A stretch of 64,000 bases of DNA from Oligoflexia bacterium (GCA_023954355.1 JAMLID010000001.1:68361-132360), one strand, 5' to 3'; shown: positions 1 to 10,399, counted from the stretch's first letter. Program-made: numbers and translations. Notes: generated by a model from the letters alone, not told the origin.

Positions 1-349
1 CCTAAAAGGAACACTAGAGTTTTTTGCGAGAGAAATGTTTGGTAACAAAACAAAGATTCGTTTAAGAGGTAGTTTTTTTCCCTTCACTGAGCCTAGTGTA
101 GAAGTAGATTGCACCTGCGTTTTTTGTTCTGGTAAGGGATGTAAGGTTTGTAAAAAGTCTGGATGGATCGAAATTCTTGGTGCTGGTATGGTGAATCCTG
201 CGGTTTTTGAAAAGGTAGGGTATCCATCTACAGTAAGTGGTTTTGCTCTTGGGATCGGAATCGAGAGAGTTGCCATGCTTTTACATGATATCTCTGATAT
301 TCGTTTATTTTACGAGAATGACATCCGATTTTTACGACAGTTTTTGTGA
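1..349 (+). CDS. pheS: Phenylalanine--tRNA ligase alpha subunit, C-terminal fragment (gene begins upstream of window)
   Basis: Reading frame is open from nt 2. The translation ...[11 protein letters not shown]...[32 protein letters not shown] matches the PheS class II catalytic-core C-terminus. pheT follows directly. Confidence 0.9.
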   Translation, partial: LKGTLEFFAREMFGNKTKIRLRGSFFPFTEPSVEVDCTCVFCSGKGCKVCKKSGWIEILGAGMVNPAVFEKVGYPSTVSGFALGIGIERVAMLLHDISDIRLFYENDIRFLRQFL

Positions 350-356
350 GGCATAG

Positions 357-2813
357 ATGAAAGTATCCCTGAGTTGGTTGAGAGACTATATTGATCTACC
401 AAATGATGTTCGGCCTGAAGAGGTAGCATCTAAGCTTACGTTTTCAGGATTCGAAGTTGAATCTGTCGAGGTGCAAGGGGCTGGACTAGAGCAAGTCGTG
501 ATTGGCCAAATTATAGAAAAAGAAAAGCATCCTAATGCTGATCGTTTATCGGTTACTAAAATAGATATAGGTGAAGAAACAAAATTAAATATCGTTTGTG
601 GTGCAAGCAATATAAAGGTTGGACAAAAAATTCCAGTAGCGCTTATCGGAGCCACAATACCTAATGGATTAACGTTAAAACCCACAAAAATTCGATCAGT
701 TGCGTCTGAAGGAATGTTATGTAGTTTAGACGAGCTATTGTTGCCAAAAGAGTGGCAATCAGAAGATGGAATTTTCATCTTGCCCGAAACAGTAAAAGTA
801 GGGCAAAAGTTTAAAGATTACTTGGGGTATAGTGATACTATTTTAGATATTAGTGTGACTCCAAATCGAGGCGATGCTTTATCTGTCATGGGTATTGCTA
901 GAGAAGTTGCAGCACTTTACAGCCTGCCAGTAAAAGCAAAAGAAGAAAAGCCAAGCCTAAAAGGGAAAAAGTCACAGTTCAAAATAGAAAATCTCGTAGG
1001 AGAAGAGTTTTGCCCTCAGTACTTAGGCTGTGAAATTCGAGGAGTAAAAATAGCAGAATCACCGGACTGGTTAAAAACAAGGTTAGAGGCTGTAGGACTT
1101 CGCTCAATTAATAATATTGTAGATTGTACAGCGTATATTATGTGGGATATGGGGCAGCCTATGCATGCTTTTGATCTAGATAAGCTCTCTAGCTCGAAAG
1201 TAAAAATACGCTACGCTCAAGATAAAGAAAATTTTGAAACGCTAGCAAATAAAAAAGTTGAATTAGAATCTACAGATTTAGTCATAGCAGATGAGAAGAA
1301 GGCTATTGCCCTTGCTGGAGTAATAGGCGGTGCTAATTCAGAAGTTAGTGATCAAACCAAAAACATTTTTTTAGAATGCGCAGAATTTAGCGCTGTCTCT
1401 GTTAGAAAAACTGGACGAAGAATTGCAACTCTTACAGATGCAGGCTATCGCTTCGAAAGAGGGATTGATCCCAATCGAGTAGGTATTGCTCTTGATCGCG
1501 CTATTGAGATGATCATTTCTTTAGCCGGTGGTGAGGCTTTTGAAAAAGTAGGGTTTTCAAAAAATTTCGAAAGAGAAAGTATGCGATTGCCAATGTCTGA
1601 TGTGGCCAAGCTATTAGGTCGTGGACCAGACATTCATCGTGCCACGCAGATATTGCGTTCATTAGGCTTCTCCGCAGAAGTTGCTGCTGGAGAACCAGAA
1701 GTGATAAAAGTACAGGTTCCTTCTTGGAGAAAAGACATTTCCAGGCCGACAGATTTGATTGAAGAATTGGTTCGTGTATGGGGATTTGAAAATCTCGAAT
1801 CAAAAGTTCCTGTAGGTGGTGTTGCTGCCGATGAGCCAGAGATTTCTAAACGTAGATCGTATTTTCAAACAAGAAGAATCCGAAGACACTTAGCTTCTTT
1901 GGGCTTTAATGAGTGCTTGAACTATGCTTTCACTTCTTATGATGAGCTCACCAAAGTTTTAGCAAAAGATGAACTGTCTAAATTAGTAAAAATCTTAAAT
2001 CCCGTTAGTGAAGACTATGCTGTGATGAAGCCTAATTTGCTTTCAGGTTTATTGCATAATGCAAAATACAATATGGCGCATCGACAAAAAGATTTGCGTT
2101 TATTTGAAATTCGTAAAGTTTTTGAACAAAGTGAGAAGCGTGCGGATCCGAAGCTGGATACGGGAACAAAAGAATCATTCGTTTTGGCTATACTTTGGTC
2201 GGGCGCTGAAAACGACGAAGTGTGGGATGGTAAAGCAAAGCAAGCAGACTTTTACTCTTTAAAGGGTGTTTTGGATTCTATATTTGCAATGCTTGGTCAA
2301 AAAGGGGTCCAATACCAGGCTTCTAATCTAGCGCATTCCTATTTTCACCCTGGGCAGGCAGCGTTGCTTTCCATTGGTAAAAAGTCTATTGGTGGGATTG
2401 GTCGAATTCATCCCATAGTAAAAATGCGCTTTGAATTTGAGTCTAACGTATACTATTGCGAAATTGATTTAGACTCTATTTTAACTGACAAGGCTAAGAT
2501 TGCGCGTTTTAAAGAGTTTTCTAAGTTTCCTAGAGTGGAAAGAGATTTTTCTGTATTGGTTAGCGATACTATCCAGGCAGATGAGTTAAAGTCTTTTGTA
2601 CTCCAAGAAGCAAAGCCTTTTATACAGGAGCTTGTCTTCTTTGATGTATATAAGGGAGAGCGAGTGCCTGCTGGTCATACAAGCTATGCATTTCGTATCT
2701 TTTTATCTTCTCAAGAAAACACGTTAGCGGATAAAGAAATACAAGAGATTCAAGATAAAGTCATGAAGGGTCTTAGCAGCAAGTACAACGCAAAATTTGC
2801 CGGACTGACATAA
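357..2813 (+). CDS. pheT: Phenylalanine--tRNA ligase beta subunit
   Basis: 818 aa. N-terminal tRNA-binding and B3/B4 domains and a C-terminal FDX-ACB-like region are present. Sits in the conserved pheS-pheT-ihfA order. Confidence 0.9.
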   Translation: MKVSLSWLRDYIDLPNDVRPEEVASKLTFSGFEVESVEVQGAGLEQVVIGQIIEKEKHPNADRLSVTKIDIGEETKLNIVCGASNIKVGQKIPVALIGATIPNGLTLKPTKIRSVASEGMLCSLDELLLPKEWQSEDGIFILPETVKVGQKFKDYLGYSDTILDISVTPNRGDALSVMGIAREVAALYSLPVKAKEEKPSLKGKKSQFKIENLVGEEFCPQYLGCEIRGVKIAESPDWLKTRLEAVGLRSINNIVDCTAYIMWDMGQPMHAFDLDKLSSSKVKIRYAQDKENFETLANKKVELESTDLVIADEKKAIALAGVIGGANSEVSDQTKNIFLECAEFSAVSVRKTGRRIATLTDAGYRFERGIDPNRVGIALDRAIEMIISLAGGEAFEKVGFSKNFERESMRLPMSDVAKLLGRGPDIHRATQILRSLGFSAEVAAGEPEVIKVQVPSWRKDISRPTDLIEELVRVWGFENLESKVPVGGVAADEPEISKRRSYFQTRRIRRHLASLGFNECLNYAFTSYDELTKVLAKDELSKLVKILNPVSEDYAVMKPNLLSGLLHNAKYNMAHRQKDLRLFEIRKVFEQSEKRADPKLDTGTKESFVLAILWSGAENDEVWDGKAKQADFYSLKGVLDSIFAMLGQKGVQYQASNLAHSYFHPGQAALLSIGKKSIGGIGRIHPIVKMRFEFESNVYYCEIDLDSILTDKAKIARFKEFSKFPRVERDFSVLVSDTIQADELKSFVLQEAKPFIQELVFFDVYKGERVPAGHTSYAFRIFLSSQENTLADKEIQEIQDKVMKGLSSKYNAKFAGLT

Positions 2814-2844
2814 AAAATCAACAACAGTATTGCCTTTTGATTTA

Positions 2845-2864
2845 AATAGGTTAGCCTATTTTTA
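2845..2864 (+). terminator. Weak hairpin plus T-tract after pheT (possible attenuator or partial terminator)
   Basis: aatagg-ttag-cctatt followed by ttta. The stem is AT-rich. Confidence 0.25.
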
Positions 2865-2897
2865 TACTTCTCCTTTTTAAGGATGATTGGGGGGTCC

Positions 2898-3212
2898 ATG
2901 ACTAAAGCAGAGTTAATCGAAGCGGTATACACAAAAGTAGGCATATCAAAGAAAGAATCTTCTGATTTAGTAGAGATGATTTTTGATACTATGAAAGATA
3001 CTCTCTCTAAGGGAGAAAAAATTAAAATTTCTGGATTTGGAAATTTCGTTGTTAGAGAAAAACGATCTAGATTGGGACGTAATCCTCAGACCGGCGACTC
3101 TATGGAAATTTCTGCAAGAAGAGTTTTAACATTTCGTCCATCGCAAGTTTTGAAAAATGATCTGAATGGTATTGAAGGCGGATCTGATGAGGATGAAAAT
3201 GATGAGGATTGA
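2898..3212 (+). CDS. ihfA: Integration host factor alpha subunit / HU-family DNA-binding protein
   Basis: MTKAELIEAVY...GFGNFVVREKRSRLGRNPQTG..., the HU/IHF arm motif. A C-terminal acidic tail is present. Position after pheT as in the E. coli pheST-himA operon. Start taken at the MTKAEL Met. Confidence 0.8.
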   Translation: MTKAELIEAVYTKVGISKKESSDLVEMIFDTMKDTLSKGEKIKISGFGNFVVREKRSRLGRNPQTGDSMEISARRVLTFRPSQVLKNDLNGIEGGSDEDENDED

Positions 3213-3630
3213 TGGATTAAACTCTTTATCTGATGCAACCAACAAATCTCTTTCTGTTGGTGAGGATAAAATTACTACTATTCCAGATCGAATGTATTTT
3301 CGTATAGGAGATGTAGCTGAAATCGTAGGTGTACAGCCTTATGTATTACGATTTTGGGAAAAAGAGTTTGATTTCTTGGTTCCCATTAAAAATGCATCAG
3401 GTCAGAGGCTATACCGAAAAGGTGATGTTGAGTCTGTGCTATTGATTAAAAAGCTTCTCTATATGGAAAGATACTCAATAGAAGGAGCAAAGAAGCGAAT
3501 TAAAGAACTGCGTAAAGAGGGAAAGCTATCGACAGCTAAAAAAGAGAGAGCACCCTTAGATGATCACAAGCTAGACTGTGTTCGTATGGTAAAAGATGAG
3601 CTTAGGTCGTTAATCGATTACGTTTCTTAG
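3199..3630 (+). CDS. MerR-family transcriptional regulator
   Basis: MerR HTH YFRIGDVAEIVGVQPYVLRFWEKEF. A GAGGA Shine-Dalgarno lies 5 nt upstream of the ATG at 3199. Overlaps the ihfA end, so probably cotranscribed. Start uncertain (3187-3292 are alternatives). Confidence 0.6.
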   Translation: MMRIDGLNSLSDATNKSLSVGEDKITTIPDRMYFRIGDVAEIVGVQPYVLRFWEKEFDFLVPIKNASGQRLYRKGDVESVLLIKKLLYMERYSIEGAKKRIKELRKEGKLSTAKKERAPLDDHKLDCVRMVKDELRSLIDYVS

Positions 3631-3975
3631 AGCTAGCCAAGATACTCAATTCTTCAATAACAAGATTGACCTCGATATAATCTGATTGTGATAGGTTTTC
3701 TTTTTTTCGAATTTCAGCCTTTATAGGTAAAAGATAAGAGTTTCGTTTTGTGTCTACCATATGGCAGATTTCCATTTCGTATTTTTAATTTTAATTTCCG
3801 CTTTTAGCCTTCCCCAACCTTCTTCTGAAGATAAGAGTTTCGTTCGAATTTTTTTTGATAAGGCTTTTGGTAAGCTAACGAAGTGCCAGGCTGCTGATCC
3901 AATATGCTTCCATATTTTTCCTTTAAAAGAATAATTACTAGAAATCGACTTAATTCGTTGATTCATTTATCGAGA

Positions 3976-4959
3976 TTATGGATCTGGAGTAGGCAATCCC
4001 ATGGCATTAAATGTCCCTGATATTTTCATTGCATAAAACCCATCAGGTCGTTTGGCTGCCATGGTTGTTAGTAAAGATTCAATACCTGCTACTGCTGAAA
4101 GAATCGAAGGGCTCAATTTAATTTGCAGTCTTAAATCGGCTCTTGAGGCTGCCAAGTAGTCAGAGAGGGTGATGTCTCCTGAAAGTCTCAATTCGAGATC
4201 TTTGCCTCCGAGAATAAATTTTTCAAATCGCGCTCTCCCTTTAGTCACTCGTACTTGAACGTCTGCTGGGCCAAAATTTAAAATTGGTAATGGGATGGGC
4301 ACCCCGAATGCTGCCGGGTCTACCACTAAATTTTTTCCCTTAAAGGATACAAGTCCATCACTTTTTGAGGCCTTTGCTGCTTCTGCAGCTAACTCAACAT
4401 TAAGATTTTCTAAAATCCCCTTAACTCCAGAGTCGTTTGCTAAAAAATCTAAAGCACTAAGATCTACACGTTCAGAATTTATTTTCATATAAGGGTCATC
4501 AGAGGCTGTGATTTTGCCTTCAAAAGCAGACTTATAGGCACGTACAGAAAAAGAAGCAGAGGGAGATAAGTGGCCTGTCCATGGAATAAGACTAAATATA
4601 TTTGGATAAATAGAGGCTTCGTCAAAAGCCAAAGAAATTCCTTGGTGTGGATTTTTAGGGTCGAGCTCTAGATTTTCTGCATACAAATGGGGGAGTAAAA
4701 AGAATTTCAGCTTCAAATTTTTGGCCTGCAAGCGAAAAGGCGAGCTATGATTTACTTGGTTGATGATTAGGTTCGTGACCAAGGAATCGGGAAGCTTAAG
4801 AGAAAAGAAAAAAATTAGAGAAAAGAAAAAAATTCCCACGTAAGCCGTGATTTTAATAATTTTTTTCTTTCTACTATCTTTTGGCTTTTCTATAGGTTTT
4901 GGAGGCTGATTTTTTTTTCCTGTGGCAAGGAGGTTAGTATCGAGTGTGTCAGTAGACAT
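3976..4959 (-). CDS. gspN: Type II secretion system protein N-like (last gene of gsp operon)
   Basis: Basic N-terminus plus a single transmembrane helix, then a periplasmic domain. Position after gspM in a colinear gspC-N cluster. Call rests on position and topology. Confidence 0.45.
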   Translation of the reverse strand: MSTDTLDTNLLATGKKNQPPKPIEKPKDSRKKKIIKITAYVGIFFFSLIFFFSLKLPDSLVTNLIINQVNHSSPFRLQAKNLKLKFFLLPHLYAENLELDPKNPHQGISLAFDEASIYPNIFSLIPWTGHLSPSASFSVRAYKSAFEGKITASDDPYMKINSERVDLSALDFLANDSGVKGILENLNVELAAEAAKASKSDGLVSFKGKNLVVDPAAFGVPIPLPILNFGPADVQVRVTKGRARFEKFILGGKDLELRLSGDITLSDYLAASRADLRLQIKLSPSILSAVAGIESLLTTMAAKRPDGFYAMKISGTFNAMGLPTPDP

Positions 4960-5543
4960 TATTTTTTACCTCCTTTTTTAATTGTAATTGTTGACCATAA
5001 GTAGCCTTCAGGGTCATCTTTCGTGTCGACATTAAGAGACTCAACTGCTGTGGTTGCTCCAGACTGCTCGATTAAGAATAGAATTCTAACTAGTTGTCGT
5101 AAGGAAATTCTGCTTAGATCAATCTTTATAGAAGATTTTTTTTCTTCTTCAATTTTTACATTATCTTTAGGGATTAAAGATTTTTGAGTGGCGCGCTCTG
5201 CAAATGCAGCTAAGTCGGCTCCAATATCAAAATCTCTTAAAATTGGGTCTTGATTCTGCGAACGAGCAGCAATTTTATATTCTTCTATTTTAGTTCCAAT
5301 CATTTGAGTTGAACGTATCTGCTCTTCCATGGCAGCGATATCATTTTTCATGGAGATGGTTTTTCCCCAGAAAGTGAAAAACGTGATCAGAAGAATAAAT
5401 ACGAAAAATGAAAATCCTCCAATTAAGATATAGCTCTGAGTCTGGGTATCTAGCTCTGCAAATTTTTGGCGAAGCTTTAATACTTGGTCATTATCCCAAA
5501 CCTGTTCTCTGAATTCTGTTTTTAGTCTTTGGACAAAACTCAT
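4959..5543 (-). CDS. gspM: Type II secretion system protein M
   Basis: 194 aa, one N-terminal transmembrane helix (ILIGGFSFFVFILLITFFTFW), periplasmic C-terminus. Overlaps the gspL stop. Confidence 0.5.
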   Translation of the reverse strand: MSFVQRLKTEFREQVWDNDQVLKLRQKFAELDTQTQSYILIGGFSFFVFILLITFFTFWGKTISMKNDIAAMEEQIRSTQMIGTKIEEYKIAARSQNQDPILRDFDIGADLAAFAERATQKSLIPKDNVKIEEEKKSSIKIDLSRISLRQLVRILFLIEQSGATTAVESLNVDTKDDPEGYLWSTITIKKGGKK

Positions 5544-7165
5544 GGTGATTGTTTTACTCCTGCGCTAAAAGTGAATTTTTTTCTTTGTCCTTTAGCATTT
5601 TCGATGGCACCAGCTTTGGTGTTGGTAAAAACAGAAACTTTTTTCAGTGCTTCGATAGCTTTTTCTGCCTGAGGGGCAGAGGGAGACTCAACCGTTAAGT
5701 TTATTTTTCCTGCTTGGTAGTCTAAAACTTTTATTTCCATCACGTCAGCTTTGCTGATTGATGAGCTCATATTATGTATCGTATCTAAAGCAACCGATAA
5801 TGGTGCTGAGCCGCCTTTTACTTGTGTTTCAAATTCAGAGAGTTTCTTTTTAAGTTCATTTTGTAATCTTGTGGGGCTTCCCTTTAAATTACTCATATAA
5901 CTAGTTGATACGCGGCCAATAACATTTTGGATTGTTCTTGTAAGTAGAGCATCTTTTTTGTCGTACTCAGCTCTTAAAAAAAACATTTGCCCAACAACAC
6001 TGAATACAGCAACTAGATAGATAACTAATGCTAAAGTTGCAGGATAGACAAATTGTTGAAAATTTAATTTTAAACCACGATTGGCCGCATGTAACTTTCC
6101 AGAGCGAAAATTAACCTGTGTTTTGTGTTCACCAGATGCTTGAGAAATTCCTAAAGCAGTTGCTGTAGGAATTAATAGCTCTAGCCCTTTTTGTGGTTGT
6201 ATGGTCAGGTTAGGATAAAGTTTATTGATTTGAAATGGCCCTGAGCGCTTTCCCCAACGCTCAGATATATATTCTTGTAATCCTGGAAGAAGGCTTGTTC
6301 CCCCACAAAAATAAATCATATCAATTGGTTCGTTAAAGCGAGACGTGAAGGCCATTATGCTTTGCTGAAAATCTGAGAAAAAAGGTTCTAAAGAAATACG
6401 AATCGTTTCAGCAAATGTTTCTTGGTCTGGAGTAAGTTTCATTCCGTTAGAAGCTAAAAATCCACGCTCCACTTTGGCTAATTCTGCTTCTGCGATTCCA
6501 ATATTATAGCGCTGAGCAATGGCACTGGTAATTTGATAACCGCCTACCATGGTATTGCGATGAAGCACTGGAAGCCCATTGCGAAAGAAGTAAGCTCCCG
6601 ACTTTCGGTGTCCAAGATTAATAACCGCTACATTTTTATAGGGATGTGCCTTAGCTTTTAAAAATTGAGATGAAAGCGCTGCATCTTCCATTAAAAGAAC
6701 GTCTGGAGATGCACCAGCAGATTCCATTTCTGCGATAAGCCTCTCTAAAAGATTGGTAGGAGCAAAACCCGTTAAAACATGCGTCTCTTTTTTCTTTGTA
6801 GCAAAAAGATTACTCGTAATAATACAAGATTCTGCATCGTAAGGAATCTCGTCTTCAATTGCGAATTTTACTGCGGCTTGAACCTTTCTTCTGTCTTTTA
6901 TGGGAAACGTTTGAAAGCGAGAGCTATAAATACTATTAGGAAGATTCGTAACGATACGGTCAATACCTTGGCCATAGCGATTTTTTACTTCAGATAAGAT
7001 CTGTAACTGCCCAGGACTTAATAAAAATTCTGGACTTGGGCTAAAGTTCCATGTGTCAGGAACAGATGAAATATCATGGAGTACAACATCTAGCCGTCTG
7101 AATTTTGATTCAACAATAACGGACTTGATTTGTGCGCTGCCAATGTCTATTGCTAAAATCTTCAT
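5540..7165 (-). CDS. gspL: Type II secretion system protein L (actin-like cytoplasmic domain + transmembrane helix + periplasmic domain)
   Basis: N-terminal MKILAIDIGSAQIKSV, an actin/PilM-like ATPase-fold start. Transmembrane helix near residue 380. 541 aa, long for a GspL. Confidence 0.6.
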   Translation of the reverse strand: MKILAIDIGSAQIKSVIVESKFRRLDVVLHDISSVPDTWNFSPSPEFLLSPGQLQILSEVKNRYGQGIDRIVTNLPNSIYSSRFQTFPIKDRRKVQAAVKFAIEDEIPYDAESCIITSNLFATKKKETHVLTGFAPTNLLERLIAEMESAGASPDVLLMEDAALSSQFLKAKAHPYKNVAVINLGHRKSGAYFFRNGLPVLHRNTMVGGYQITSAIAQRYNIGIAEAELAKVERGFLASNGMKLTPDQETFAETIRISLEPFFSDFQQSIMAFTSRFNEPIDMIYFCGGTSLLPGLQEYISERWGKRSGPFQINKLYPNLTIQPQKGLELLIPTATALGISQASGEHKTQVNFRSGKLHAANRGLKLNFQQFVYPATLALVIYLVAVFSVVGQMFFLRAEYDKKDALLTRTIQNVIGRVSTSYMSNLKGSPTRLQNELKKKLSEFETQVKGGSAPLSVALDTIHNMSSSISKADVMEIKVLDYQAGKINLTVESPSAPQAEKAIEALKKVSVFTNTKAGAIENAKGQRKKFTFSAGVKQSP

Positions 7166-7166
7166 C

Positions 7167-8516
7167 TTAATCTGCTTTCAAGTATATAACGTTGATGGTT
7201 TCAGTGTCACTTTTGTTTGTATTCTTTTTATTTGGATCTTGCGAGTCAGTTGCAGCATCTTCTGGAATAGGTGCAGTTATATCCACTTCTGGCTGTGCTT
7301 GTTTGTTTTCGGTATTTTGGTCAATTTTAGGTGGCATTGGTCCTATATGAGCAACCCAATTTTTAAAAACATCTCCGCTCTTAATATTTATATTTATCCG
7401 GTAAGAGGTTTCATCAACTAAGAACTTAATTCCCTGGGATTGTAAGCGATTTTTAGCGTCATCATATCGACCAATGGTTTCTACATAGGACCAAAAATCA
7501 TTTTCATCTTTATAGGGGCCTCCTAGAGTTTCATCTTGGCGTCTATCGATAATTCTTTGAGCTTCTTCTTCTCCAAGTTCTGGGATTAAGGCGCGAATAA
7601 ATGAGACGGGAATTTTATTAATATTTAATCCATAGGAAACCCCAGTAGTAAAGGTTTCCATGAACAAACCAGTTATCGTATCATCAAAGCCTTTGATCAT
7701 ACTTAATTCTGATAATGAATATAAAGGGGCATTTTTTATTGCATAGGGAGTAGGTTCTACTCTTTGATAATATTCTTTTTTGTCTCTATTGTCTCCATCG
7801 TCTTTAATTTTCTCGTCCATCCAAGCAAGAAGATTTCCAATTAAAGTTTCTCCATTCGTAGAAGAGTGAGAATTGCGAAACTCTTCATCTGCTTCGCGTT
7901 TTTGATCCAATAAACCGTTTACTAAATCTATATAAGATTGTTTCATTTTATCACGAATCTCTTGAGCTTTTTCTGGAGTAATTTGCGCAGCAACGGCAGT
8001 CCCACCTGTGGCACCTGCGCCAGCGCCTCCAGTATCACCTCCGCTAGATCCAGTTCCTCCAAGGCCAGTGTTCTTTGCTAAGTCGTTAGTGATCCACATT
8101 AAATTATTTAAACTAAGGCGATCGCTTTCCCCTAAAATATTTATACTGATGGTTCCATTTAATCCTAAGGATTTTTGAAAAGCTTCTAAGGCTTGTGTTT
8201 CAGCAACACCCAAGCCAGGAGGGGTAGGTGGGGGAAGAATGAGTGGAGTTTTCCAAATTTCGTCAGTTAGTTTTTGAGAGTCGCCTAGACCTAAATTTTT
8301 AGCTTGTTCTTTAGCCTTTTTTGCCGCCTTTAGCTGTAATAAGCCTAGTCGTAAGCCCGAGCGCGCTAGGAGTTTTGCTCTAAATTGGTCTCGTTGGCGA
8401 AAAACAATTCCGTTATATACTTGAGTTTCATAAACTAGTTCAGCTGCTAGAATGCTCAAAAGAAGCATTGTCACTAACGCCATCATCATAGCAATGCCTT
8501 TTTCGTTTCTAATCAT
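7167..8516 (-). CDS. gspK: Type II secretion minor pseudopilin K
   Basis: Hydrophobic N-terminal segment MMMALVTMLLLSILAAEL. Size and position fit GspK. Contains a Gly-rich insert GGTGSSGGDTGGAGAGATGG. Confidence 0.65.
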   Translation of the reverse strand: MIRNEKGIAMMMALVTMLLLSILAAELVYETQVYNGIVFRQRDQFRAKLLARSGLRLGLLQLKAAKKAKEQAKNLGLGDSQKLTDEIWKTPLILPPPTPPGLGVAETQALEAFQKSLGLNGTISINILGESDRLSLNNLMWITNDLAKNTGLGGTGSSGGDTGGAGAGATGGTAVAAQITPEKAQEIRDKMKQSYIDLVNGLLDQKREADEEFRNSHSSTNGETLIGNLLAWMDEKIKDDGDNRDKKEYYQRVEPTPYAIKNAPLYSLSELSMIKGFDDTITGLFMETFTTGVSYGLNINKIPVSFIRALIPELGEEEAQRIIDRRQDETLGGPYKDENDFWSYVETIGRYDDAKNRLQSQGIKFLVDETSYRININIKSGDVFKNWVAHIGPMPPKIDQNTENKQAQPEVDITAPIPEDAATDSQDPNKKNTNKSDTETINVIYLKAD

Positions 8517-9292
8517 TCTAAAAATTCCTGCGCTTTCTTTTGCTTTTCTTTTGCAGGGTCTCGATAATTTAAAGCCATATTAGGACGAATTTTTAATTCC
8601 CATTTTTGCTGAACGGCCGAATTTTTTGGATCTGGAGCTTCTAGTTTAATAGAGATCAAGTCAGGGAAACGCGATTCATCTTTTATGAACTGACCTTCTG
8701 AATCCCATTTATCTTCCCAGGTTTTATTTTCGATTCGATAATAAGAAAATTGAGCGCTAGTTAAGTTTTCAAGTACAGGAATTTTTACAGGCTGTTCTAA
8801 GCGATTGTCTTCTAGATTGAATGCATCCCAGTCAGTAGATCTGACGAGACTATAGGTGCCAGAGTCGGCTCTCTCAACCTCCCAAACAACTTTAATAAAA
8901 TCAGATTGAGGACTATCTTCTAAGAAATTAGTATTTCCGTTGCTGATAAAAGAAATTTTTTCTTTGCTACCTTGAAATCTACTACGTCGAATGTTGTCAG
9001 AACGAACGGGCGCACTCCAAAAAGCAGAGGCTGATTCCCCTTCTTTTACTTTTGCTTGGTCTAGTACGGGAGTGTAAATTTGAGAGATGTCGTTTTCTAG
9101 CGTCTGTAGACCTAAGGTCAGAGCAACATAGTCTGTAGATTCTTTACTAAGTTGAAAATTTACTGTGGCACTTCTGGTTGTTGCTTGAAAAATAGCGATA
9201 CTAATAAAGGCAAGCAACGCCATAGCGACTAAGACTTCTATTAACGTAAGTCCTTTTTGATTATTATATGCTTGCTGAGAAATCTGTATCAT
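8513..9292 (-). CDS. gspJ: Type II secretion minor pseudopilin J
   Basis: Prepilin-type N-terminus KGLTLIEVLVAMALLAF. Confidence 0.65.
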   Translation of the reverse strand: MIQISQQAYNNQKGLTLIEVLVAMALLAFISIAIFQATTRSATVNFQLSKESTDYVALTLGLQTLENDISQIYTPVLDQAKVKEGESASAFWSAPVRSDNIRRSRFQGSKEKISFISNGNTNFLEDSPQSDFIKVVWEVERADSGTYSLVRSTDWDAFNLEDNRLEQPVKIPVLENLTSAQFSYYRIENKTWEDKWDSEGQFIKDESRFPDLISIKLEAPDPKNSAVQQKWELKIRPNMALNYRDPAKEKQKKAQEFLE

Positions 9293-9770
9293 AGTTTACA
9301 ATAAGCTGAGAAAAACTTTCTCTAGATGTTCCTCCGTTTTCTTGCCATTCAATTACAACTTCCATGCGCCTTACGCTTTTTTGCATAAAATCTTCGAAAA
9401 GCTTTATTAGGGTGGGCATATTTGGGTCTTGCTGTTGCCCTTCTTCACCCAAGGCTTGTTTTGTTAAAAGATCACTCATTACAGAAAAATCAACGGTTTT
9501 ATAGGTTACGATCCATTTAAAGTCTTGGTGAGGTTCTGGAAAATTGCCTTCATCTTTTTCTGGTAGTCGATCAAATGCTGCGCCTTCATATTTTAAATCT
9601 AATTCGTTAATGATATTCTTAGCTAAGTTTGTAGCAACGATTAAATTGCTCGAACGTGTACTCGACATCAAACTAGAGCCTTGAGTAATAAATACAGCTG
9701 ATAGCACAACTACAAGAAGAGCAAAGGCAATCATGAATTCTAAAAGAGTAAAACCTTTTTGGTCTTTCAT
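9264..9770 (-). CDS. gspI: Type II secretion minor pseudopilin I
   Basis: MKDQKGFTLLEFMIAFALLVV prepilin leader and N-terminal helix. Confidence 0.65.
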   Translation of the reverse strand: MKDQKGFTLLEFMIAFALLVVVLSAVFITQGSSLMSSTRSSNLIVATNLAKNIINELDLKYEGAAFDRLPEKDEGNFPEPHQDFKWIVTYKTVDFSVMSDLLTKQALGEEGQQQDPNMPTLIKLFEDFMQKSVRRMEVVIEWQENGGTSRESFSQLIVNYDTDFSASI

Positions 9771-10399
9771 CGTTTATTTTCCTCTTGCCCTCTGGCTACG
9801 CTACTTTGACCAGTCACAGGATGTAACTTAAGAGAATACGAAATTTTTTCTTCGTCCTCAAAACGGATAATAGCCGGATCAGCGCTACCATTATTAAAGA
9901 AGTATACATCTACTACGCCTTCAGTTTGAGCCTCTTTGAGTCTTGGTATCGTGATCTCTTTGATGGCAATACCTTTTGGTATTGGTGACTTTTCTTTTAC
10001 TAGCTCTTTGACCACTCTCCATGTTTGCTCTTCTTTTTTATCAAAATCTTCTTGCTCTCGTTTTGATAGTTTTGCTCTATCAGTTTTTTTCATTTTGTAG
10101 GGGGCGGGTGCTTCTTCTAGCCAGTATGTTTGGTTATCAAGATCAACACGAAATCGAATGATTTTATTTGTCAGAAGGGCACGGTCTCGAGCTTCTCGTA
10201 ATAAGAGAGAGGTTCTTTTCGTAAAACTCTCTGCAGAAGCTCGAAACACATTTGTGAGTGAGGGAATCGCAAAAGCTGATAGTATTGCAATTAATGCAAT
10301 TACGATCAGGGTTTCGATTAACGTAAAGCCACTCTTAGAGATCGGCGCTTGAGATATCTTTTGCAGAACCTTCACCGCCTTCTTTTTTATCCGTTCCAT
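9767..10399 (-). CDS. gspH: Type II secretion minor pseudopilin H
   Basis: ...SKSGFTLIETLIVIALIAIL prepilin motif. The leader is unusually long, so the true start may be downstream. Overlaps the gspG 3' end. Confidence 0.6.
   Translation of the reverse strand: MERIKKKAVKVLQKISQAPISKSGFTLIETLIVIALIAILSAFAIPSLTNVFRASAESFTKRTSLLLREARDRALLTNKIIRFRVDLDNQTYWLEEAPAPYKMKKTDRAKLSKREQEDFDKKEEQTWRVVKELVKEKSPIPKGIAIKEITIPRLKEAQTEGVVDVYFFNNGSADPAIIRFEDEEKISYSLKLHPVTGQSSVARGQEENKR

Noticed and set aside
386-778. Minus-strand ORFs inside pheT (386-778, 1445-1633, 1513-1803), and similar antisense ORFs inside sucA/sucB/lpd (47088-47270, 48005-48550, 48414-48608, 49328-49897, 50011-50277), gspD (14001-14297, 15195-15806), lnt (26004-26378), hmgA (54491-54844) and others.
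   Set aside because: They lie entirely within and antisense to, or out of frame with, strongly supported genes. Their compositions are low-complexity (Ala/Ser/Cys-rich) reflections of the sense codons, and they lack start contexts.
3754-3966. 70-aa Lys-rich ORF immediately 3' of gspN.
   Set aside because: No Shine-Dalgarno. Composition is typical of translating AT-rich intergenic DNA. It overlaps a direct repeat. Kept only as a remark in the findings.
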